Assembly: GCA_963847625.1 (NCBI GenBank)
Contig: CAWKAR010000022.1
Span: forward strand, 34,405-98,404
Source: a candidate division FCPU426 bacterium
GTDB taxonomy: Bacteria; Oederibacteriota; Muellerivitia; Muellerivitales; Muellerivitaceae
DNA: 64,000 nt
Direction: 5' to 3'
Position numbers and translations under genes: made by a program. The notes beneath the pieces were generated by a model. It was not told the origin of the DNA. It saw only the letters and a list, made by a program, of their open reading frames with translations, and ran no database searches. Within the stretch, counting starts at the first letter, position 1, and each line of letters opens with the position of its first letter. Of the stretch, positions 56,616-64,000 are shown piece by piece.

Positions 56616-59600
56616 TTAAGCGCCGTTTGCGGCGTAGGCTTGGAGGGATTTCACGCGGATCTCATGTTTTTTCAAGGCCTCGATTCCATTGGCCGCCGCC
56701 GCGCAAGCCGAAAGCGTCGTGATGCAAGGCACATTGTACAGGACCGCCGCCCGGCGGATCTGGAAATCATCGGAGCGCGGCCCCTTACCCGCCGGAGTGT
56801 TCATGATGAGCTGGACTCCTCCGTTCTTGATCAAGTCCACGACATTGGGCCGGCCCTCGAAAACCTTCCGCACCACCGTGACCTCGATGCCGTTGCTGAT
56901 AAGCGAATGGGCGGTCCCTTGGGTGGCCACCAAGTTGAACCCCATGTCGTAAAGCCGCTTGGCGATGAAGATGACGGAGCGCTTGTCCTTATTCTTGACT
57001 GAGACGAACACCGTCCCCTTCAGGGGCAGGGCTGCATTCGCCGCCATCTGGCTCTTGGCGAAGGCCATGCCGAAGTCCAGATCGATGCCCATGACCTCCC
57101 CGGTGGACTTCATTTCCGGGCCCAGCACTGTGTCCACGCCCGGGAATCGGTTGAAGGGAAAAACCGATTCTTTGACCGCGACATGGTTCATATAGGCCGC
57201 TTCCTTGAGTTTAAGCGAGGGAAGGGTCTTGCCCGTCATGAGGCGGGCCGCCACTTTGGCCCAAGGTGTGCCGGTGGCCTTGGAAACGAAGGGCACAGTG
57301 CGGGAAGCACGTGGGTTAACCTCCAACACGTAAACCATGTCGTTCTTGATGGCGTATTGAACGTTCATGAGTCCTTTGACCTTGAGCGACAAGGCCATTT
57401 CCCTCGTGTTTTTTCGAATTGTTCCGATCTGGTCCTCCCGAAGGGTGTAGGGCGGGATCACACAGGCCGAGTCGCCGGAATGGATGCCCGCTTCCTCGAT
57501 ATGTTCCATGATGCCCGCGATGAGTGCTTCCTTGCCGTCGCACACGCAGTCCACGTCCACTTCAATGGCATCCTCCAGGAAATGGTCGATCAGGATGGGC
57601 AGGTTGGGAGCCGCCTCGGCCGCCCGGGCCACGAAATCATCCAACATGGACTCGTCGAAAACGATCTCCATGGCCCTTCCCCCTAAAACATAGGAGGGCC
57701 TCACCATGACCGGATAACCGACCTTTCGGGCCACCGGCATGGCTTCCTTGACGTTCATGGCGATTCCGTTGTCCGGCTGGAGGATCTTGAGCCGCCTCAG
57801 TAGGTTCCCGAAAAGCCTTCGGTCCTCGGCCATGTCGATGGAGTCGGGCGAAGTGCCGATAATAGGCGCACCGCCCTTTTTCAAGGGCACCGCAAGTTTG
57901 AGGGGGGTCTGGCCCCCGAATTGAACGATTACGCCCTTGGGACGCTCCCGATCCAGAATGTTCATAACGTCCTCGAAAGTCAGGGGCTCGAAATACAGAC
58001 GGTTGGAAGTGTCGTAGTCCGTAGAGACTGTCTCGGGGTTGTTGTTGACCATGATGACTTCGTAACCATCCTCTTTGAGTGCGAAGGCACCGTGCACACA
58101 GCAATAGTCGAACTCGATGCCCTGCCCGATGCGGTTGGGTCCCCCGCCCAGGATTACGATCTTCTCCGCCTGGGATGGGGCAGCCTCGGGGTCGCCACCG
58201 AGGAATGAGGAACGGCCGACCTCGTAGGTGGAATAAAGATAGGGAGTGTAGGCCTCGAATTCGGCGGCACAGGTATCGACCATCTTGTAAACCGGCACGA
58301 TCTTGAGGGACTTGCGGTACTTGCGAACTTCCGTTTCCTTGACAGCGCAGAGGAAAGCCAGTTGTTGGTCGGAAAACCCCATGGTCTTTGCACGGCGTAA
58401 CAAATCTTCCGGCAATTTGGATTTAAGCTTCCCTTTCCTGGAGGTCGTTTTTTCCAATTCCTTTTCCAGGTCCACGATGTCCTTGAGCTCGTTTAGAAAC
58501 CAGGGGTCGATAGCCGTCAGCTTGTAAAGCTTATCCACGTCATATCCCTGCCACAGGGCTTGGCGCACGAAAAAGTGCCGCTGGGAGGTGGACTTGCGCA
58601 GTTGAGAGTCCAGAAGGTCGTGGGGCAGGTGCTTGGGTTTGCGGGCGCCCGTCTTCTGCCAGCGGCCTTCCTTGAACTCGCTACCGTCGGCTCCCAGGCC
58701 AATGGTTCCGGTTTCCATGGAGCGCAGGGCCTTCTGGTAGCTTTCCTTGAAGGTGCGGCCGATGGACATAGTCTCGCCTACACTCTTCATCTGAGTGTTC
58801 AGGATATCCTCCGCCTCGACGAACTTCTCGAAAGTGAAACGGGGGATCTTGGTCACAACGTAGTCGATGGTAGGCTCGAAGGCGGCCTTAGTGTAGCGCG
58901 TGATATCGTTGAATATCTCATCCAGCGTGTAGCCTACCGCAAGCTTGGCCGCGATCTTGGCGATGGGAAAACCCGTGGCCTTGGAGGCCAGGGCCGAGGA
59001 ACGCGACACGCGGGGGTTCATCTCGATCATGACCATCCGGCCCGTTTTGGGGTCCATGGCGAACTGAATGTTAGACCCGCCCGTGTCCACGCCGATCTCC
59101 CGGATGCAGGCGATGGAGGCGTCCCGCATGCGCTGGTATTCCTTGTCGGTCAAGGTTTGGGCCGGCGCCACCGTGACTGAGTCGCCCGTGTGGATACCCA
59201 TGGGGTCCATGTTCTCAATGGAGCAGATGATGACCACGTTATCCTTGAGGTCGCGCATAACCTCCATTTCGTATTCCTTCCAACCCAACACGGACTGTTC
59301 CACCAGGCACTGATGGATAGGTGAAAGATCCAGACCCTTGGCAAGGCCCTCCTCGAATTCCTGGCGGTTATAGGCGATTCCCCCTCCCGTGCCGCCCAGC
59401 GTGAAGGCGGGCCGGATGACGACGGGATAGCCGTTTTTCTCGGCGAATCCCAGGCCCTCCTCCAGGTTCTTGACCGTGTGTGAATCGGGCAGATCCAGGC
59501 CAATCTTGAGCATGGCTTCTTTAAATAGTTGCCGGTCCTCGGCTTTCTTGATGGCCGCCAAATTGGCGCCGATCAGCTCGACCTTGAACTCGTTTAGGGT

Positions 59601-59918
59601 GCCGTTCTCAGCCAAGGCTACCGCGGTGTTCAGGGCCGTCTGGCCGCCCAAGGTGGGCAAAAGCGCGTGGGGGCGTTCTTTTTCGATGATTTTGCGCACG
59701 ATTTCCGGCGTGATGGGCTCCACGTAGGTTTGGTGTGCGAATTCCGGGTCGGTCATGATGGTGGCAGGGTTTGAGTTGATGAGGATTACCTCAAAGCCCT
59801 CTTCTTTCAGGGCTTTGCAACCCTGCGTACCGGAATAGTCGAATTCGCAAGCCTGCCCGATGATGATGGGCCCCGCCCCGATGACCATGATTTTTTTGAT
59901 GTCGGTTCGTTTAGGCAT
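56616..59918 (-). CDS. carB: Carbamoyl-phosphate synthase large subunit
   Basis: [46 protein letters not shown]. Confidence 0.99.
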   Translation of the reverse strand: MPKRTDIKKIMVIGAGPIIIGQACEFDYSGTQGCKALKEEGFEVILINSNPATIMTDPEFAHQTYVEPITPEIVRKIIEKERPHALLPTLGGQTALNTAVALAENGTLNEFKVELIGANLAAIKKAEDRQLFKEAMLKIGLDLPDSHTVKNLEEGLGFAEKNGYPVVIRPAFTLGGTGGGIAYNRQEFEEGLAKGLDLSPIHQCLVEQSVLGWKEYEMEVMRDLKDNVVIICSIENMDPMGIHTGDSVTVAPAQTLTDKEYQRMRDASIACIREIGVDTGGSNIQFAMDPKTGRMVMIEMNPRVSRSSALASKATGFPIAKIAAKLAVGYTLDEIFNDITRYTKAAFEPTIDYVVTKIPRFTFEKFVEAEDILNTQMKSVGETMSIGRTFKESYQKALRSMETGTIGLGADGSEFKEGRWQKTGARKPKHLPHDLLDSQLRKSTSQRHFFVRQALWQGYDVDKLYKLTAIDPWFLNELKDIVDLEKELEKTTSRKGKLKSKLPEDLLRRAKTMGFSDQQLAFLCAVKETEVRKYRKSLKIVPVYKMVDTCAAEFEAYTPYLYSTYEVGRSSFLGGDPEAAPSQAEKIVILGGGPNRIGQGIEFDYCCVHGAFALKEDGYEVIMVNNNPETVSTDYDTSNRLYFEPLTFEDVMNILDRERPKGVIVQFGGQTPLKLAVPLKKGGAPIIGTSPDSIDMAEDRRLFGNLLRRLKILQPDNGIAMNVKEAMPVARKVGYPVMVRPSYVLGGRAMEIVFDESMLDDFVARAAEAAPNLPILIDHFLEDAIEVDVDCVCDGKEALIAGIMEHIEEAGIHSGDSACVIPPYTLREDQIGTIRKNTREMALSLKVKGLMNVQYAIKNDMVYVLEVNPRASRTVPFVSKATGTPWAKVAARLMTGKTLPSLKLKEAAYMNHVAVKESVFPFNRFPGVDTVLGPEMKSTGEVMGIDLDFGMAFAKSQMAANAALPLKGTVFVSVKNKDKRSVIFIAKRLYDMGFNLVATQGTAHSLISNGIEVTVVRKVFEGRPNVVDLIKNGGVQLIMNTPAGKGPRSDDFQIRRAAVLYNVPCITTLSACAAAANGIEALKKHEIRVKSLQAYAANGA

Positions 59919-59937
59919 TTAAAACCAGCTCCGATTG

Positions 59938-61137
59938 TTAGCTGTTTTTTTCAATCAAATCTCTGAACTGTTTGAATAAGTAACTTGAATCGTGGGGACC
60001 TGGCGAGGCCTCCGGATGATATTGCACGCTGAAAACCGGTTTTTTTATCATCTCCATCCCCTCGCTGGTGTTGTCGCTTAGGTTGATGTGGGTGGTTATA
60101 ACCTCATGCGGATCCAAGCTCTCGTTCTCCACGCAAAACCCGTGGTTTTGACTGGTGATTTCTACTTTCCGGGTAATGTTATTGATGACCGGTTGGTTGG
60201 CCCCACGGTGCCCAAACTTAAGTTTGTAGGTCTTCCCCCCCATAGCCAGTCCCAGGATTTGGTGGCCCAGGCAGATGCCGAAAATGGGAACGTTTCTCTT
60301 GATCAGGTTCCTCACTGTATCAATAACGTAAGGGACGCCTTCCGGGTCCCCGGGGCCGTTGGAAAGAAACACCCCCCGAACCCCGCCGCCTAGCACAGTC
60401 TCGACATTGACCGTGGCTGGATGCACTTGCACGTCGAAACCTTGGGCCGTGAGTTTGCGAAGAATGTTGTACTTAATGCCGCAGTCAAGCGCCGCGATCT
60501 TGATCCTGGGCCCTTCGGATCCAAGGTTTTGGGAACGAAACTGCTCCAATAAATCTCCCTGGCGGTCCTTCTCCCCTTCCTTGGGGCCATGAGGGGAATC
60601 CAGGTTGTAAGGCAGTTCCGACCACCGGTAGGGCTTTTCACAAGTGACTTCCTTCACCAAATCCCGGCCGATCAGGCCCGGGCTGTCCTTGGCCTGCTTG
60701 ATTAGTTTCTTGGGGTCCAATTCGGTTGTGGAAAGCACACCCTTTTTGGCGCCGAATTGGCGCAGATGGGCAGTCAGGGCCCGGGTGTCAATTCCCTCGA
60801 TGCCGATGACGTTGTTCTTTTTAAGGTAATCGGAAAGCGGAGTGGTCATTCGATAATTGGATGGATGCTTGCAATATTCCCTCACCACGAAACCCTCTAC
60901 AAAGAGCTTGCGGGACTCGACATCCACCAGATTCACGCCGGTATTGCCGATCATGGGGTAGGTCATCGTGACGATTTGGCCCTTATAGGAAGGGTCGGTC
61001 AGAACTTCCTGGTAGCCCGTCATAGCGGTATTGAACACCACTTCCCCGAATGACTTGCCATCGGCCCCGAACGATTGGCCTTCGAACCAAGTACCATCTT
61101 CTAAAGCCAATAGAGCTTTTCGAACTTTATTTGCCAT
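59938..61137 (-). CDS. carA: Carbamoyl-phosphate synthase small subunit
   Basis: GEVVFNT, LSNGPGDP, GICLGHQ, QYHPEASPGP. Confidence 0.99.
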   Translation of the reverse strand: MANKVRKALLALEDGTWFEGQSFGADGKSFGEVVFNTAMTGYQEVLTDPSYKGQIVTMTYPMIGNTGVNLVDVESRKLFVEGFVVREYCKHPSNYRMTTPLSDYLKKNNVIGIEGIDTRALTAHLRQFGAKKGVLSTTELDPKKLIKQAKDSPGLIGRDLVKEVTCEKPYRWSELPYNLDSPHGPKEGEKDRQGDLLEQFRSQNLGSEGPRIKIAALDCGIKYNILRKLTAQGFDVQVHPATVNVETVLGGGVRGVFLSNGPGDPEGVPYVIDTVRNLIKRNVPIFGICLGHQILGLAMGGKTYKLKFGHRGANQPVINNITRKVEITSQNHGFCVENESLDPHEVITTHINLSDNTSEGMEMIKKPVFSVQYHPEASPGPHDSSYLFKQFRDLIEKNS

Positions 61138-61140
61138 TAC

Positions 61141-62427
61141 TTACTTTTCTGCCTCGTATTTGATTTCCCCGCTAACGATGGTAGTCACGGCCCATCCCCT
61201 TAGGTTCCAGCCGTTGAAGGGAGTGTTTCTTCCCCTGCTCTTGAACAGGTTCGCGTCTACCTTTTTTTCCGCTTTGACGTCGAAGATGGACACGTCCGCG
61301 TCGGCTCCCTCCGACAGCGTTCCCTTATTGATCCCGATGATCCTGGATGGCGCCAGGGTTAAAAGCTCGACCGCCCTGGACAGCGATACCACCCCCGGCT
61401 CCACCAGGTGGCTGACGGTCAGGGGAAAAAGGGTCTCCAACCCGACGATACCGAAAGCCGCCTCGTCGAATTCACAAAGCTTTTCGGTGGAGGCGTGAGG
61501 CGCATGATCAGTGGCGATGCAGTCGATGACCCCTTCCTTCAATCCCTTTCTTATGGCCGCCACATCCTCCTCCCCCCTTAGTGGCGGGTTTATCTTGAAG
61601 TTCGTGTTGTAATTCTTGATGGACTTGTCGGAAAGGGTCCAGTAATGGGGAGCGGTTTCGGCCGTTATCTTGAGGCCTTTTTCCTTGGCTTGCCGGACCA
61701 GCTCGACCGACCCTGCGGTAGATAAATGGGCCACATGGAATTTCGCCCCGGTCATCTCGGCCAGAAGAATATTCCGGGCCACCATGACCGTTTCGGAGGC
61801 CGCCGGAATGCCCCTCAATCCCAGCAGGGTCGAGGCCATCCCTTCGTTCATGACCCCGTTGTTGGCAAGGTTTGAGTCCTCGCAGTGGTCGATGATCACC
61901 AGGTCCAGCATCTTGCAGTATTCCATGGCTCGGCGCATGAGTTCGGCGTTCATGACGGGAGCCCCGTCGTCGGAGAGCCCGACCACGCCTGCCCGTTTCA
62001 ATTCCCCCAGTTCCGCCATTTCGGCGCCTTCCCGGCGCTTGGAAATGCAGCCGATGGGAAACACATGGCAGTGGCCTTCCTTTTCAGCCTTGGCCACGAT
62101 GAGGTCCACCATGGCCTGATCGTCGATGGGCGGGTTGGTGTTGGGCATGCAGGCGACCGAAGTCACCCCGCCCGCCACCGCCGCGAGAGTCCCGGTTGCG
62201 ATGGTTTCTTTATATTCAAACCCCGGTTCTCGCAGGTGGGTATGTATGTCCACGAGGCCCGGCGTGACAATCTTCCCCTTGGCGTTCAGGGTCTTATCCG
62301 CCTTCACTTTCAAGGACTTCCCCACCTTCTCGACAAGACCATCCTTGAGAAAAACATCGAATTGCCCGTCCAAGTGGTTGGCCGGATCGATGACGTGTCC
62401 GCCGCTGATTAAGACGCTTTTGCTCAT
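61141..62427 (-). CDS. pyrC: Dihydroorotase
   Basis: DIHTHLREPG, MPNTNP, KINPPLR, ATDHAPH; ATG at 62427 (ORF open to 62454). Confidence 0.97.
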   Translation of the reverse strand: MSKSVLISGGHVIDPANHLDGQFDVFLKDGLVEKVGKSLKVKADKTLNAKGKIVTPGLVDIHTHLREPGFEYKETIATGTLAAVAGGVTSVACMPNTNPPIDDQAMVDLIVAKAEKEGHCHVFPIGCISKRREGAEMAELGELKRAGVVGLSDDGAPVMNAELMRRAMEYCKMLDLVIIDHCEDSNLANNGVMNEGMASTLLGLRGIPAASETVMVARNILLAEMTGAKFHVAHLSTAGSVELVRQAKEKGLKITAETAPHYWTLSDKSIKNYNTNFKINPPLRGEEDVAAIRKGLKEGVIDCIATDHAPHASTEKLCEFDEAAFGIVGLETLFPLTVSHLVEPGVVSLSRAVELLTLAPSRIIGINKGTLSEGADADVSIFDVKAEKKVDANLFKSRGRNTPFNGWNLRGWAVTTIVSGEIKYEAEK

Positions 62428-62457
62428 TTGAAACCGAATTCTTTCATTAAACATTTT

Positions 62458-63399
62458 TCATTCTTCATTTTTCATTTCCTTTTGTTCACCCTGCAGCAAA
62501 TAGAGCACCGCCATTCTTACCGCGACCCCGTTGGTGACCTGGTCGTCGATGACGGAAGAGGGCCCGTCCGCCACCCCCGAGGAGATTTCCACGCCACGGT
62601 TCATGGGCCCCGGATGCATAACTATTGCGTCTTTCTTGGCCCTTTTCAGCCGCTCGGTGTTGACCCCGTAAAGCATGGAATACTCGCGGATGGTGGGGAA
62701 AAGATTGCTCTTTTGCCGCTCCAACTGCAACCGCAGGACGTAAACCACATCCGTCCCTTCCAGGGCCTTGTTCAGGTCCCAGAAAACCTCCACTCCCATT
62801 TTCTCGATGCCCATGGGAATCAGGGTGGGTGGTCCGCAAAGCCGGACCTTGGCACCCAAGCGGGTGAGCCCGTAGATGTCGGATCGGGCCACGCGGCTGT
62901 GAGTAATGTCCCCGATTATCGTCACTGTCAGCCCCGGGATGGAACCCTTGTGTTCCCGGATGGTGAAGAGGTCCAGGAGTCCCTGGGTGGGATGCTCGTG
63001 CGCGCCGTCCCCCGCGTTGACGACCGAGGCTCGGGTCACATCCGCCAGCATCCGGGGAACGCCGGAGCACTTGTGGCGTACCACCAGGGCGTCGATGGTC
63101 ATGGATTCCAGGGTTTTCAAGGTGTCGATCAGGGTTTCCCCCTTCACGAGCGAGGAAGCCGACGTCTGGACGTTGAGGATGTCGGCGGAAAGACGCTTGG
63201 CCGCGAGTTCGAAGGAAGTGCGAGTGCGGGTGGAGGGTTCGTGGAAGAAAAGAACCACCGTCCGGCCCCGCAAGGCCGGCACTTTCTTGACCGAACGTGT
63301 GGAGACTTCCTTGAAGGAAGCCGCCGTGTCGAGAATACGGACCATATCCTCGGCCGAGAGTTCCTCAAGCGTCAGCAGGTCCTTGGATTTCCAACTCAT
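62458..63399 (-). CDS. pyrB: Aspartate carbamoyltransferase catalytic subunit
   Basis: [23 protein letters not shown]. Confidence 0.98.
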   Translation of the reverse strand: MSWKSKDLLTLEELSAEDMVRILDTAASFKEVSTRSVKKVPALRGRTVVLFFHEPSTRTRTSFELAAKRLSADILNVQTSASSLVKGETLIDTLKTLESMTIDALVVRHKCSGVPRMLADVTRASVVNAGDGAHEHPTQGLLDLFTIREHKGSIPGLTVTIIGDITHSRVARSDIYGLTRLGAKVRLCGPPTLIPMGIEKMGVEVFWDLNKALEGTDVVYVLRLQLERQKSNLFPTIREYSMLYGVNTERLKRAKKDAIVMHPGPMNRGVEISSGVADGPSSVIDDQVTNGVAVRMAVLYLLQGEQKEMKNEE

Positions 63400-63425
63400 T
63401 GACGATCCTTCCGGCTTGTCATGAT

Positions 63426-63971
63426 TTATTCCTTCTCCGCTATGACGACCTCATCCTTGCCGTCCTTTTCCTTCACATGGACCAAGACCTCCTCCCGCAG
63501 GGAGGAAGGGATGTTCTTGCCTACGTAATCGGCATTGATGGGAAATTCCCGGTGGCCCCGGTCCACCAGTACCGCCAGTCGGATCGCGATGGGCCTGCCG
63601 AAATCAATGATTTGGTCCAGGGCCGCGCGCACGCTGCGCCCTGTGTGGAGCACGTCGTCCACCAGGATGACTTTCTTGTTGCTCACGTCGAAGGGCAGGT
63701 GGGTGGCTTCCGGGACCTTTTCGGGTTTGCGGGTACCCGCGTCGTCGCGGTAAAAGGTGATATCCAGCGCGCCGCAGGGGACTTCGGTCCCCTCGATGGA
63801 CTTGAGCTTGGCGGCCAGCCGATCGGCCAATATTTCCCCGCGGCTCCGGATGCCGATGAGGACTAGGTTTTGGACGCCTTTGTTCCTTTCCAGGATCTCG
63901 TGGGCGATCCGGGTGAGGGCCCGGTCCATGTCGCTGGCCTCGAGGACGACTGTCTTAACTTTCGAGGTCAT
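63426..63971 (-). CDS. pyrR: Bifunctional pyr attenuator regulator / uracil phosphoribosyltransferase PyrR
   Basis: [37 protein letters not shown]. Confidence 0.97.
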   Translation of the reverse strand: MTSKVKTVVLEASDMDRALTRIAHEILERNKGVQNLVLIGIRSRGEILADRLAAKLKSIEGTEVPCGALDITFYRDDAGTRKPEKVPEATHLPFDVSNKKVILVDDVLHTGRSVRAALDQIIDFGRPIAIRLAVLVDRGHREFPINADYVGKNIPSSLREEVLVHVKEKDGKDEVVIAEKE

Positions 63972-64000
63972 AAGACACCGCCTAAAACGAATTTTGAATT

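Noticed and set aside
63972..64000. PyrR attenuator leader
   Set aside because: Only 29 nt upstream of pyrR are inside the window; cannot be assessed.

Overview
64 kb of bacterial chromosome, mostly encoded on the minus strand, from an apparently diderm organism (it encodes outer-membrane beta-barrel-like proteins and lipoproteins). It does not look like a Bacteroidota genome: the PBP carries PASTA-like domains and there is a pyrR-pyrB-pyrC-carA-carB operon. Left to right: (1) part of the dcw cluster (mraZ, two STAS genes, rsmH, ftsL, ftsI, murE, murF, mraY, murD, a small coupled ORF, ftsW, murG) with clear MraZ boxes; (2) envelope glycosylation and sugar genes (two GT39/ArnT-like, GT2, glpK, IMPase/HisN-like, cupin, pfkA, FKBP, LsrF-like aldolase, Zn dehydrogenase) and an ABC-2 exporter; (3) an accessory region with TWO copies of a four-gene module (ECF sigma + anti-sigma with FlgD-Ig-like C-terminus + protein with a T9SS type-A-like C-terminal domain + PorV-like barrel with a TPR tail), flanking a mini flagellar-rod-like gene, a TPR-barrel gene, a SET gene, queC/queE, a DUF2157/GDYXXLXY pair and a Thr-rich lipoprotein; (4) a CBM-bearing clan GH-A glycoside hydrolase, a large lipoprotein with a 15 x 48-bp repeat stalk, an intact IS4-family element with a 9-bp target duplication, a cold-shock gene, cobO, TPR and PilZ genes; (5) the pyr/car operon. 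The best candidate for an undescribed system is the duplicated sigma/anti-sigma/CTD/PorV-like module, which comes with a shared promoter-like motif GGAATAAAT-N12-ACACTATA. Four genes, including essential murE, carry single-base frameshifts in short homopolymers, most likely sequencing errors. No rRNA, tRNA or CRISPR array was seen. All family assignments come from motif recognition by eye, not from database searches.
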